A stretch of DNA of 64,000 bases from Podarcis filfolensis (GCA_964270895.1 OZ185446.1), one strand, 5' to 3'. Positions 35,590-49,150 are shown, counted from the stretch's first letter. The notes: generated by a model from the sequence alone, not told the origin. Numbers and translations: made by a program.

Positions 35590-37122
35590 CTAAAATGAAA
35601 AGGAAAAATATGTAGCAAGTCCATAACCTAACACCATACAACATTTTGTCCTTAAATACAGCAGTGTACGCTGGGCTAACAGTACTCTGCAACAGAATAG
35701 CTCTGCACCCCAAGAAAATAAAAAACAGACATGGTTTGGCGAATTAAACCATCTATGGCCTTTTAAACTGTGTGTGGGGTATTGTTATTGTTCGTTACTG
35801 TTGAATGTCTTTTTGTATTTTAAACTGCCCTGTGATCCTCCAATGAGGGGTGGTATAGGAATTTAACAAATAATAATGCTGCTGCTTATTTTCTATTCCA
35901 AAATCCAGGTCAGGTTTCCCCATATGTATGAAGGAGCTTGGTATGAAAGGACTAAAAGAGGAGACAGTTACAAAAACTGGTGAAAGCTAGCTATGTACAG
36001 TATTCATCACTGTGACTCCTGATTGTGTTTGGATCCTGCTTTGCCAGACAAAACTGCACGTTGCAAGGTTCACTCTACCATTCTAATAGCCATCATCATG
36101 AACACCACCATCTTGATTAATAATAACAACCAACACGAAACTGAACACTTTAAAAAAAATAAGTAAAACCAGAACTGGCCACTGTCAGAACAGGATGCTG
36201 GATTAGATGGGCCACTGACTGGATTCAGCAGACGACTCATATGTTCTTAATTATCAGGATGAATTCTGTATTATAATGAATGCTGTACTTGCATGGTAAC
36301 CGCAAATACATGTGCAAAAACTAAATTTAGGGTTCCAAAGTTTTATTGGTTTTTTATGCATGAAATAAGAAAGTTTCAGAACTGAACAAGTGCATGAGTG
36401 ATCCTCAGAGGGACAAATCAGTGTGGATGCTTCAGTAATGTATCAAATATATTGGGTGTAATTCCTGCACCTGCAGGATTCCTATAGCTCTGTTTTCCCA
36501 TCTTCCCCTGCTTACAAGGGCCCATTAAGAGTGAATGGTATGCTCAGAGCAAACTATTAATGGTTTGAAACAAAATTTATACTGAGGCAAGAGGGAAAGC
36601 TGGTGCAAATGGATTTCTTAACTACGTAAATAACTTTTCATAGGCAAGGGGAGGTGAGAAAACAGGCATTCATTGATCCTATGATAATTCTTAGGTGGAC
36701 TAGATTGTGCCTTTTAGATTCTTGTGACAGGAGAGGGAAGCGAAAGACAGACATAACTTGTAACTCTGAATAAGCTAAGTTTCTTCATTTCTTACTCATT
36801 AGCAAGACAGATGACTTTGCTGTTGCTAAAAAAAGGTGAGTCAAAAAAAGTTTTTAAACTTGAGATTTGAAAAATTTAGATGACATATGCTTCATCTGTG
36901 ATTTCTCTTCAACAGTTAAAGGCTGAAGTTGAAATACCAAGTTTTCAAAGAAATTTCTTTCTGGAGTTAACACCAGCCATGCTTTTACCTAAGGAGCGAT
37001 ATCCAATTAAGTCATACTGAGACAAATACCTACAGAAATAAATTGACTTCAATTATTTCAATGGGTCTACTCTTAAGTCTGAATAACACAGCATATCACC
37101 CAATGACTATAAACTATCTTAC

Positions 37123-37193
37123 CTTACAGTATCTTAGAGATTCCATAAGTGTCAAAAAACCAACAGTTGCTTGTTTATGTATTCCAAGTAGTT
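37123..37193 (-). CDS. MINDY3: MINDY3 exon 9
   Basis: (K)LLGIHKQATVGFLTLMESLRYCK, 71 nt. Confidence 0.95.
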
Positions 37194-39400
37194 CTGAAGA
37201 GAAATAGAACTCTGTATTAGACTGCAAAATTTGAGTCATGCTACAGTTTCCTTCTTAAAACATGCCATGAAACTTTGGCCTACAATCATGTAACAGAGCA
37301 CATAAAAACTAGGCAGAGAAATAAGGGTGCAATCCTATTACTAAAATCCTCTGACTGAATAGACCTTGGAAGTGACAAAACTACTGAATGACTCATGGAG
37401 AGCAAATCATGTTGATGGAATGAGATATCCACCCCCAGAATGATGGTGGAAGGCTAGAGACAGAGGCCAAAGCATGGTGGTGGCATTCTTGGCCCAAGCC
37501 CCATTACAAATTTTCAAGAGTAACTTATCATGGAAATCAAGTCATAACAACAGAACAAAAAACTGATAAACACATACAATATAATAATTCTTTCTCTCTT
37601 TTGTTTACAAGAAGCTTTTTGTTTTAAACAAAGCAAATGATGCCAAATATATGATAAACTCTTAAAAGCAAACAATGCTAAGAACTAGAACATCCTTCTC
37701 AATGGGCTTTTTCTTTCCATTGCCAACTTGTCCTCTGTGCAGAAAATTTTGAAGAAAATTGGCTTGTAAAAAGGCCACTCTAAGAAAAACTGAAAACACA
37801 GTTGGTGGACTACAAATTTATCTGAACTCAAGAGCATACTGTTAACATATCAGCAAACTCTGCCCCAAACCTGCCTGCTTAACTTGAGGCAAACTCCTCC
37901 TCTCCCCCAGTCCTTTTTGCATTCTGTAAGGGAGAGTTACAAAACATCTCAAGAAAGGTGCACACATGTTGCCTGGACCAGTGGTTCCCCAAACCTCCCC
38001 CTCCCACTATGAACCACTTGAAAATCAGTACTTTTGTTTATTATTATTATTATTTCTTTAATTGATTAATTAATCAAAATTGAGTGGGCTACTTTTTATG
38101 AAATAACAAATAAAATATAACCACCAAACTGAGTTATTCTAGTTCTTAATCTGTCAAAGGAATTAATAAGGAATACCTCAGAGAAATTTGTGTGTGGTTA
38201 AGATATAAGAATATTCTTTGAACAGGGAATAGGGAATGGAAATTGGCTATAGATCTGGGGAAATTACTCATTATCTCAAAATGGGGGTGGGGGATAAGAA
38301 CAATAGAAAAGAAGAGGAAGTACCAACATTTAGTGTGTTGGCAGAAGAAATTGAGATGTTTTTGAGTAAAGAACTGAATGATGTTGAGGAATGAATGTGA
38401 ACTCTTAAAGTTATTTTCTTAGAAAATAAAAAGGAGAGTAAACATGTACCTGGAATGCTCTCAGGGATATAATTTTAGAGACGGGTCAAACAGAAGCAGA
38501 AAAACAAGTTGGCAAGGAAAGGGTTAAGAATCACCCAAGAGTACTTTTTGTTTGTTTGTTTGTTTAAAAGAGTGGCCTTTGGGGCTTCATTGCAGACATT
38601 TGTGGGTAACATACAATTTGATTTTTAGCCACTTTTGCCCAAGGAATACATTAGTACCCAATCAGGTAAGTACTACAGACCCCATTTTTCAAAAGCCAAG
38701 CCATAAAAAAGGATATCTCTATGGTAGTTTTTGTTATGTGAATGATGCCATGAAACTCTGGGTGGGTTGCACAGACCTCCTGGGGTCTGCAGACCACCAG
38801 TTGGGAACCACTGCATTACTGTATTGTATCTAGGCTGTATCTGAACATTACAGAAAAAAGTCAGGATTATCAGCAACCGATTTTCTTCATTTTAATCTTG
38901 AAATTCTGGAAAGACGAAACAAACTACAGCTTCAAGTTTCCTCATCCTTTTTCAGTGATTCATTTATAACCAAATGGCTATATATGGCAATATACTAGGG
39001 ACAAACACTCTGTGGGCAAACAGATCAGATTGGGTGGGGTGGGGGGAGTGACATGGGGATTAAATTAGTGAACATTTTACATGTATTTATTTTTCATTCT
39101 ACTAGGAGCATAGTTCTAGATTCAAGGAAGAATTCTATCAAGTTTCTTATAAGCACATTGCCAAAGAGCTTGATTACATGAAACCACTACCAGCCTTCCT
39201 ATTTCAAGATATAAATGCTTATTAAATGGGAGACAAAGGCACTGCATAGCTATCCCACAGTAAATACCTTGTGCAATGTCTTTCATAGCAACTAGATGAT
39301 TTTGGAGAAGTTTACCCACATTCTAAACTCCTATTTTTCTTCCTTAGGACCTACTGCCATCTTGTGGTAAACTAAAGAGTACAAGTTTCCTTGTGCTGTA

Positions 39401-39608
39401 CAGACGCTTCAGGTTACAGACGCCACTAACCCAGAAATAGTACCTCGGATTAAGAACTTTGCTTCAAGATGAGAACAGACATTGCGCGGCGGCGGCGGGG
39501 CGGCGGCAGGAGGCCCCAATAGCTAAAGTGGTACCTCAGGTTAAGAACAGTTTCAGGTTAAGAACAGACACCCAGAACGAATTAAGTTCTTAACCCAAGG
39601 TACCACTG
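39401..39608. mobile_element. Tc1/mariner MITE lacking the outer left TIR
   Basis: Same family as 21616-21841. The right TIR and TA are intact, while the left end starts at the internal TA|CAG. Confidence 0.85.
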
Positions 39609-39940
39609 TACACAGTACTGGCAATTAGCTAACATGGGCTAATGCGAACTCCTGACACCCCAGACTCCTTGAATAAATTTATTAAAGCCCAGAACTCAAA
39701 TCTCACAGAACTTAGTGGGGAGGCAGTTTACCAAAAAAACAAATGACTAGAATTTTGCAGTCAAGTAGTATTTTAAAGTGGACTAACATGTCAATATTCA
39801 TAAATAGACAAAAAGAAACACAAGCATTCGTATAAAGCCATAGCTTTAGTTTGTAAGAACTATATACAATTCAAATGCAAAACATTTAGTATATCTCTTG
39901 ATGCTGCATCACAGCAAAGTCGTATCAAGTACAAACTTAC

Positions 39941-40020
39941 TCATTCCTGAGCATTCCCTGTCTCCATCCCAGACGTTAGATACTGCATGCCCCGTCAACA
40001 GGAGGTTAATTAAGCTTTGG
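39941..40020 (-). CDS. MINDY3: MINDY3 exon 8
   Basis: (S)QSLINLLLTGHAVSNVWDGDRECSGM, 80 nt. Confidence 0.96.
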
Positions 40021-40397
40021 CTTAATATGAAGAAAACAAGCTTTTAGATTTGCAATTTGCATTCACATTTTCCTAAACAAATTAATTTTGATGGCACTAC
40101 AACTTTTTTCTTGAGAAGCACATAGGGAGATAAAGCAAGCTACAACATGCACTTAACTTTTTTCAGAAGGTCTAGGTTCAATTTCAGTTCATCTGGTATA
40201 AAATCATACCTCTAACACAATGGGTGCTAACAATATGAGATGCTTCCAGATGAAATGATAAAAAACCACTGTCCCACATATTCACCATCAATTCCTTTGT
40301 AATTAATAATGGCTAAAACTGTGTTTCTAAAGTATGATTTGTTCAGAAAACAGGCAGTACTTTCCTTAAGGAAAGTATAGGACTAATCAGAGCTTAC

Positions 40398-40471
40398 CTT
40401 CCATGACCATACACTGGATCTATTAATGGCTCAGTTGAATCTTCAATTTCATTTTTTATGTTTTCAATGCC
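40398..40471 (-). CDS. MINDY3: MINDY3 exon 7
   Basis: GIENIKNEIEDSTEPLIDPVYGHG, 74 nt. Confidence 0.96.
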
Positions 40472-40827
40472 CTAGAAAACAGGAACGCTTTCTGGTATAT
40501 TTACTGGCATAGTGGCCACATCTTCCTGCTAAGAAATATTTTTTTTCTTTTAACAAATAACCAACCCTTAACATTTTGTCAACAAACCTAAATATTAGTA
40601 TCAGGAAAAACTGAAGGGTTAGTTTGCCCTTCATTTTGACTAACTTGTTCCAACAAGATAAATGAATTGCCATTCAGGCTGTCACTGAACAAGCAAAGGA
40701 TTAAACTGGGCATAGGACAGAGGGGTGCATGCAAGTCTTGGCCCCAGTGCTCCTAAGAGAAGCCAGCTGCTGTTTAAATCTTCGTAAAATGACCCCAAAA
40801 GTCTGAATGAGTTAAAAACCACACACA

Positions 40828-41250
40828 CCATATTTTTCCGGGTACAGTATAAGACGCCCCCATGTATAAGACGCCCCCTATTTTTTTCAACCCAAAATTA
40901 AGAAATTAAGTTGTTTAGCTTTTTGGGGGGGATGGGGAAAGTCACTTCCGCCAATCGCTCACCCGCCTACCCACCACTGCCAATCGCTTGCCACAGCCAC
41001 TGCCGATCGCACACCTCACCGCAGCCGCCAATTGTCTGCCCGCTCGCTGCTACCAACAGCCCACCTGCCCGCTTGCTGCAGCCGCCAATGGCCTGCCCGC
41101 CTCACCACGGCTGCCAATTGCTTGCCCAACTGCCACAGCCACAACCAATCGGCAGCAGGCCTTGCTGCAGCCACCAATCACCCGCCCAGTCGCCGCTGCC
41201 AATCTCCTGCTTGCTGCTGCCATTAATCGCACGTCCCCCCCTTTGCATTC
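40828..41250 (+). mobile_element. Probable Tc1/pogo-type nonautonomous fragment with a GC-rich CCAAT repeat array
   Basis: CATATTTTTCC...GTATAAGACGCCCCC occurs twice (40847, 40864), resembling a recalled pogo-like left end, followed by degenerate 23-32-bp repeats. No right TIR seen. Confidence 0.5.
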
Positions 41251-41875
41251 ACTATGCCAATTTTTTTTTAAAGTGAGACACTGCTGTCATAGACCCTGTG
41301 AGGTTGGGAGAGTGGGGTAGTGATTCTTCATTCTTTTGCTTAGTGTATGTGCAAAGTTTTTGTGTCAGCGTTGCGACGATAGTTTCTTAATTTTTCTGTT
41401 TTTCCCCCCACATGTTCTTGATTTAATTGCTTAGAAGCAGCTCCCACAACTCAAAAACCTGATAAGCCAGGGTTCCTACTTGCAGGGAGATTTCACAGTA
41501 CATTCAGTCAAACAAGCTTAAAAATGCCCTTCAAACCTATGCACTGATCAAAACAAAGATCTAAAAAGCAGCTGGCTTGGGGACACCCCCCCACCCCAGA
41601 TTAACAAGTGCCTATACAAAGCTCAAGGTTCTCCCACAGTGTAAAATTAACAGTTTACAGTATTAAAACATCTAATTATAGATTATGAAACCAAAATGGG
41701 AAGATCAGGCCAAACAACAGGAGGTTAATAAATACGCCTGCCTCATGCAGGCACACACATGGTACTGAAGGTGATGGGATGGAGGAAACAAACCCCTTTA
41801 ATCCCCTTCCTTCCTTCCTTTTTTTTTTTTTTGGTTAGTTTAAGAAAACAAACATTTTTAAAAATAGAAACAAAC

Positions 41876-41990
41876 CTTTGTCAGTATCACAGAATACAGA
41901 AAAAGCAACACTCCAAATTTGTTTGTCCAGACTGAATACTGATTCCAAACTGCTTCTTTGAAATCAGGAAAGCTTGTGAATGACTGCTTG
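41876..41990 (-). CDS. MINDY3: MINDY3 exon 6
   Basis: (H)KQSFTSFPDFKEAVWNQYSVWTNKFGVLLFLYSVILTK, 115 nt. Confidence 0.95.
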
Positions 41991-43119
41991 CTGAAGATTA
42001 AAAAGAAAAGTCCATTAGACATGGTACTGGGCTTTGACAGAGTTCAATTTTGTATTTGTTAGCTGACTAGCAACATAACGTAAGGTGCAACTGAATGCTT
42101 AAGGCATGCAATAGTATCTGTGACCAATACATTTGCAACACAATTAGCAGCAACTGTCTTAATGGAGAAAAAATAATGGTTATAGCATGTACACAGTACA
42201 AGTAGTGTCAATATGGCAGCACGCGTCACAATTTTAGAAGCCTGGTTTTGATTTTTCACCTGAAAAGTTCTCATACGACAGTGAAAATTGGCAGATGTTA
42301 GATTTAGGTCATCACAACTTTAATGACTACTTAAAATTTTGTTCTTGTTGATAAGACACAATGGGCAGATAGTGGCATTTGCCCTTATAAACAAATATTC
42401 TCAAATAGCAAATGCCTAATTAAGCTAATAGCCCCATATTGAACTCAGTTCAGAAAGCTGTAAGTACAGATGACTGCATGCCTAATGCTGTGCTTACACA
42501 ATGTTCCCTTCCATCACAAACCCCACACATTCAATTGGTGGTGTAAGTTCAGGTGCCCTTTCTTCACTCCTCCCTGGAGTCGAATTGTGCAGAGAGAATT
42601 CACTTAGATACCTCTCACAGCACAGGCCCATTGACATGTCCTCAAAGTGTGAATCACTGATTGGTGGGGATATGGGTCTGTCCATCTTTCATTCCCAACT
42701 TAGCTTTTGAGCATCTGGGAAGTGTAACCTGAGTTCACGTTAAGATAGATACTGCTGAATTGTGGTGACTGAGTAAGAAACTGGATTGCTTAAAACCATG
42801 CAGTATTTTCTAAATACATGTGGCTCTCAGGACAATTTTGTATTCAGGCCACTTGAAATGTTCAACCATGACTCTTCTAAGCTAATGCTGAAATTTTAAA
42901 ATAAACGCCTGAATTAAAGCAGCAACAAAATCAAGTTAAAATTACAGATTTGGATAGTCACAGTTGTTTTGATCTTAAAGCAATAGCTTTCTTGAGCCTA
43001 ATTATCTTTTAAACCTTGATGTTCAACTGCATTAAGTATGAGGCTTACACCTGAAAGAAGTTTTGTTTACTGGGGAACTACAAGATAGTGTATTTTAAGT
43101 GTTCCAACATGTTACTTAC

Positions 43120-43171
43120 TGAATTAATGAATGAAATCGCTCAAAGCCAAGCTCTTCGACAGCCAAGGCAG
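43120..43171 (-). CDS. MINDY3: MINDY3 exon 5
   Basis: (S)ALAVEELGFERFHSLI, 52 nt. Confidence 0.95.
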
Positions 43172-43938
43172 CTATACACAAGAGACACTTTTCAGCACTA
43201 CACATGGCAAAAAGTGACACAAGAAACACACAGCAAGCTAGAATACTTCCAAGTCTTTCATAATTTAACCCCAGCCCCCACCCTCTTTTGGACCAATTTC
43301 CACTTGTATAGTTACATGGCGCAAGCCAATTTAATGTAACCCAGTTAGGTCTCCACAATACAAGTACAAACAATTTAGCAATATTGAGTCTAGACTAGCA
43401 AACCATTAGTTCCAATAGCCTTGAAAACTTTCAAGTTTTGCATAAATTATGACAACCACGGCAGGAAGGTCACCAAGTGCAAGCAAAATGAACACACAAT
43501 TCTGCTATTTGAGTAAATTTTCCACAAGAGCAAGCAAGTAGTTATACAGATAACTTCAGAGCAGAACCGGTGTTAAGACAGCTGTATTTTCATTCCATTT
43601 CTCTCAACACATTTTGCTTCAGATTAGAAAAATATATTTTAAGCAATGCTCTTTTTAAAGATAACTATCCCCTATTATTCTACTCAAGTACGTGTTAAGT
43701 AACCCAACAGTAGGAAAAAATACAGCATTTAGTGCCTTCCTAGGTTCAGACTTTATACCACCTTTCCCTCATCCTCTGTAATTAAATTAGAAGTGGGGTT
43801 TTTCCTTTACCCAACTGATGCCTTCCCAGTTCACTAATGTGTTACCAAGTATTAGTGAAATGGGTTCAGCATAACATCATACCTGCATGGGAACCACATA
43901 TATGTTGCTTTGAGTGACGTGAGGCAGAATATAATATA

Positions 43939-44184
43939 CAGTGGAACCTCAGGTTGCGGACGTAATCTGTGACAGAGGCACGTCCACAACCCGCAGCGTT
44001 CGCATCCTGAAGTGCCGCGTCTGCACAGGCACGATTTGGCGCTTCTGCACATGCGTGAAGCATGATTTAGCGCATGTGCAAGTGGCAAAACCTGGAAGTA
44101 ACCCATTCTGGTACTTCCGGGTTTCCTGTGGTCCGCAACCCAAAAACACATAACCTGAAGTGGCCGTAACATGAGGTATGACTG
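43939..44184. mobile_element. 246-bp Tc1/mariner MITE
   Basis: TA TSD, TIRs CAGTGGAACCTCAGGTTGCG and (reverse complement) CAGTCATACCTCATGTTACG. Related to 58587-58832. Confidence 0.88.
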
Positions 44185-44476
44185 TAATATAAAACTCAGC
44201 ATCTAGGAAAACTAATGCAAAAACTAATGTTATCTGTATCACTGTTAATATGGAGTCCTAAGGAAAAGGTGATAGTGGCAGCTTCTGCAATTCTTATTAC
44301 ATGACAAGAATGACAAGCCCTCAAAATCAGACTAGCAGGATTCATCTTCCACGGAAGAAAACTTTGAAATGTACTAATTAACAATAGTGTCACTTTGGGA
44401 AGTGAAGAACACTGAAATTGTTACATACAACTTTAGTAACAAATGCCTATTCTGGGACATTCACCAGGCCTTACTG

Positions 44477-44692
44477 CAGTGGTTCCCAAACTTTCCCTTC
44501 CTCATGGAACACTTGAACGTTGCAGAGAATCTTGGCAGACCATTTAATTATTTTTCTGCCTGCTGTAGCAATTCATAATCTGCTGTGCTTAATGCTCTGA
44601 TTTTAATTGTACTTTTACAGACATGCTGTAGACCACCTGAATGAAGCTCAGGGACCACCAGTGGTCTGTAGATCACTGTTTGGGAACCCCTG
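44477..44692. mobile_element. hAT MITE
   Basis: CAGTGGTTCCCAAAC / GTTTGGGAACCCCTG, TSD CCTTACTG vs CCTCAGTG (6/8). Confidence 0.8.
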
Positions 44693-46598
44693 CCTCAGTG
44701 AAAAGTGTTCTAAAAGTAATTACTGCACCAATTAATTATTGCACCAATCACATCCAATAAAACCAATTAAATTATGAACACCACAACCTGAGGGACTTAT
44801 GATATAAAGGTATTTCTGAACCTGTGAATTAGCACTATTACAGTCAATGAATGGCAAACAAATCATAGTTGTGCACAACATAAAGCAGATGAAACAAGTA
44901 GACTTTGCATTGGCAATCTGTGGACCAGTTACTGTTGCCAATTTCACTGACCCTGCTGAACTGAATGGAATGGTAAGAACAGTATGTCAAGAGATGGACT
45001 ATGATTAGAGGAACACAAGTATTGTTGAGAGAAAAAGTCCTGTATAAAACAGGAAGGTTTGAATTAAGTTGCCTGATTCACTATTTAAGGAAGTATAAAA
45101 TGGGAAATGGGAAGCTTTAATATAAAGTATCTGTACAAAAAACATGATTTACTAAAGTTCCAAGGGGTTGTTTTTTTGCAGCAAACAACACACTCCATAA
45201 AATGTATTAGGGCTCTATGGTTACTAGAAAAAGAATCTGTTATAGTTTAGTTTCATGAGAAGTGTGTAGACAAACAAGGGAAAGTTGCTGACTTTTCAGC
45301 TAACAGTTTTTTCCCATATCTGTTCTTTGGGGGATGAGGAAGAAACCAAAAGTCCTAAAAATTTATATAAAGATATTGCCCTGGGTCATAGTTTTTCAGC
45401 CACAGAAGACTCCAGTATGTATGCAGAGAAGCATGTGAATGGGAAGGTAAAAACTGCCAGTTTTCCCTTCCAGCAGCATCCCTTGTGCCCTTTGGGAGGC
45501 TGCCACCAGAAGGGGGAGCTGAAAAGGCCTTATGAGGAACACTTTTTGTGGTACTTTGCATATATTCCTAAATATACATGCTTTTCTTCCTACAATAAGT
45601 TGTAGCTTCAAAATTGGTATGCACTGAGGAAAATGAAATTTGAGTAAAAGTCAAATACGAAAAACATGCCTGACGGGCAAAATGCAGGCAGGTGATCTGG
45701 TGTTAGTGTAGAGAGGAAAGAGAGGAAGCAGAAAGTTACAGGTGTTTATTTTCCTTACAAACTAGCAGAAGGTATTCTGTATAGCAAGTTTCAATATTAC
45801 ATCCCATTTTATGAACTCAAGGCCAATTTCTACACTGCATTTTACAGTCGCTTTGTGCAACCAGGAACTCAAGTCAAATCCCTCCCTCGAATTTAATTCA
45901 CTGTATGACAGGGACAGCAGTGTGAAAAAGAATACCAGGCTAAACCTTAAAAATGACAATCATCTTAAAAATACTATTCATACCTTTACAGTGTGTGTGT
46001 GTGTGTGTGTGTGAGTAAGAGTGGATGTTGAATGTTTGTCTATACATACAGGGCTCCACAACCTAAAGGGGAAGTGGGGCCACACTCTGGCCCCAACCCC
46101 AAAGCTGCATGCCTCCTCATCCCTGCCTTTCATGCAGGGCATCTGAAGGGAGCTACAATCACAACGGGGCATTATGTTTTCTTATTACTCCAGTTTTGTA
46201 AGACTATTGAATAAATGCTGGTTATTCAGTACTAGATATTACTTGTATCCTTATTCCAATAGGTCTTTTCTGTCCTATCCTGCCCTTTGCAGTCCCTGTG
46301 TGCCCGCCAAATAACTCCAGAGGGTTGGGAGACCCTCCAGAGCAGATGTGGATGTCCCATCACACCTACTGGTGAGACACTGGAACTTTCCTAAGATTTG
46401 AAGTGGGTTTCCATTACCTAAAGTCAAGACTGAGTACCGTCTGCTAGTGTTCTGACATAGTAAGCTGCGGCTTATCAAAACGGGAAGACAAAGCTTCCAA
46501 AGTGGAAAAGCAGCATGTGAGCAGAGTGGGAGGCAAAACTCATTCACATAATGCTAAGCTATGGTGTAGCATCACATATCTGAAAAAAGAAGGAGGTA

Positions 46599-47288
46599 CA
46601 TAGAGGCATACAGGACAATGTCCTGGCAACTGCTACTACTTAAAGGTCTAAAACTGATAAATGATGATATTATCAATCACTTCATAGTCACTTTCAGCAG
46701 CAGGCAAGCCAAAATGCATCCAAAAGAGACTTTTGGTTTTGGGTTTGGCTACCAAATGGTGGTATTCAGTACAATCCAAAGTACGGTGATGAGTCATAGT
46801 GAATAGAAATAATTTGGGACTGCCAGACAGCCTACTAGGTGGCAGAAGCAGCTTGCCATGACCACGGTACATGTTGGCAGTAGCGGTGACAACCTGCAAA
46901 GCCTCGTGGTGGCACCACAATCAGTGGCAACTTGCAAGACCTTGTAGTGGCAACGGGAGGGGGCAGCTGTAGCAGCGGCAGCCTGCAAGGCCTTGCGGTG
47001 GTGGCACAAACTGTGGTGGCTTGTGAAGCCTTGCAGCAGTGAGAGTAAGTGACTGCAGTAGCAGCGGCAGACTGTGAGGACTTGTGGCAGCGATGGGAGG
47101 CAGGGGCAGTAAGTGGTGGTGGCCTGCAAGAATGGGAGGTGGCAGCAGTAGCAAAAGTCCCTGTTGCGATGCGTTTTGACTTGCCTGCTGATGAAACTGA
47201 GTGTGTGATGATTGATAATATTGTCATTCATCTGCTTTAGACCTCTTTAGTAGTATCAGTTACTTGGACATTGTCCTGTTTGCCTATG
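46599..47288. mobile_element. Unclassified element with about 137-bp terminal inverted repeats
   Basis: 46599-46735 is the reverse complement of 47152-47288 (about 80% by manual alignment). Flanked by TA, with a GC-rich repetitive core. Confidence 0.7.
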
Positions 47289-48654
47289 TATAGTTCCATC
47301 CTTATTTCAGACATTGCGGATGATTCCAATGTTTAACTAGTGATGACACTGCAGTGTTTAGCTGATGATATTGTGAGGTTTAGCTGGTGATAACATTGCA
47401 GTGTTTAACTGGTGAGTTATTGCAATGTTGAAAACCAGTTATTGCCTAGCCCTTACACACATTTTGATTCACAATATATTGGTAGCTCAAATATTATGAA
47501 ACAATGATCAAACTGGTTTTGGACGATATGTTGATGTATCACCCAGCCCTACTGTAAGGAGCAAGGGTAAGTCCCACTATGTGAGCAGATGCCCACCTGT
47601 GCAATGTGAGATGTCACCAAAAGTTCCCTATATTGAATAAGTGTGGGTTTGCTTGTTGGTTTTAAAAGCCAGACTCTTCGCATGTACTTAGAACCTGATA
47701 ATGGATACTGAATACTTGTGTTACCGATATTTATTAAATATGTGCCCATTCTGTTGCAATTAAATCAGGAAAGAACAGAAAAGTACAAATCACGAGCTGC
47801 TGAAACTAAGCTGGTAAATGTCACACAATTATGCAAAAGTAGATACCAGTGATAGGAATGTGGTGTTCTCTTTTACTAAAAGGTACCCATAATAGCACTT
47901 TTCAGAATGTCATAGAATTATAGTGGTAGCATTCTCTTTTTTAAAGTAGCTTTTTAAATAAGAATATTTCAAAATGCAATGACGTGATGATAAAGTGTAT
48001 TTATGTGAGGGGGGAGGTTCAATTTCTCCTTTTATTTTTATGACCCACATATGAATAAATTTACTTACTTAAGAGAAAATGTTTTGACAAGAATATCAGA
48101 ACACTAATCACATGCAAGAGTCTTTAAATTATTTCTTGTCATAGCAACTCTCCTCTACTGACTGCCCATTGTGAATGACCTAATGATATCATATTAAATT
48201 GACTGCAGGTGGACCACACAAGGGTAGTAAGATAAATTTAACAGTGAAAAGTCATTTCCAAATCACTCACACTGGTCCTTCTCAATTAAATATATATTTA
48301 ATAGAACTGACAATTGATCAGTCGATCAATCTTATGCTTAATAAATATTAAACTGATGAAAATTTGCATATGAATACTTCTGAAATTCTTAAGTTATGCA
48401 CATGTCACATGAAGCAGATAGAGGAATGCCTCTTCAATATTATGCCTCACACCTACAGCATTTCTAAATTATTGTATCAGAAAAATATTGCTATACAGTC
48501 TGCTGCCTGATTCATTAGGGGCACCATTTTATTAAGTCAAAATGTGTTTATATAATCCAAATATTATAAACCTAATATTCAATAGCTAAGGGTTGCCTAG
48601 CACCATAAAATGGGATGCAACACTAGGCTTGAGTGTTTGTCAATGTCCTTAGAT

Positions 48655-48798
48655 CGGGGTGGCTAACCTGTGACTCCTCAGATGTTGTTGAACTACAACT
48701 CCCCTCAGTCTGAGCCAACATGGCCAATTATCAGGAATGATGGGAATCAAGTTCAGTGACTTCAGGAGAGGGGATGCTGCACAGGTTAGCCTGCCCTG
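48655..48798. mobile_element. hAT MITE
   Basis: Subterminal GGCTAACCTGTG / CACAGGTTAGCC, perfect TSD CCTTAGAT. Confidence 0.88.
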
Positions 48799-48976
48799 CC
48801 TTAGATCAATGGCACTTAAATGAGTCTGTATTGAGCTTAATTTTTGAAACTGAAGAGCAACTAGTGCCAGGATAAGAGATTTGGTATACAATAAAAAGCA
48901 TTCTTAAAAACAAAATAAAGCTTGTTAACAAAACCAAAGCAGTGTTCAGAATCATATTACACAAGGCATATCTTAC

Positions 48977-49150
48977 AAGGCTGGTCCTCTTGGTGGCTTG
49001 ACTCAGCAGAACTCTCAGAAATACTAGCAGTTTCTTCAGCATTCCTTCCTCTTCGCCATGTTACCAAACAGTATGATTCTGAATTATCAGAGGAAGCCAG
49101 TTCCAAAATATCACTTAAGGTATGACAGAGGAGATTCTTCTGCTCTTCCT
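48977..49150 (-). CDS. MINDY3: MINDY3 exon 4
   Basis: (E)EEQKNLLCHTLSDILELASSDNSESYCLVTWRRGRNAEETASISESSAESSHQEDQP, 174 nt. Confidence 0.95.

Noticed and set aside
38060-38570. Purine-rich stretch resembling a decayed L1 ORF2/3' end
   Set aside because: No diagnostic motif could be read with confidence.
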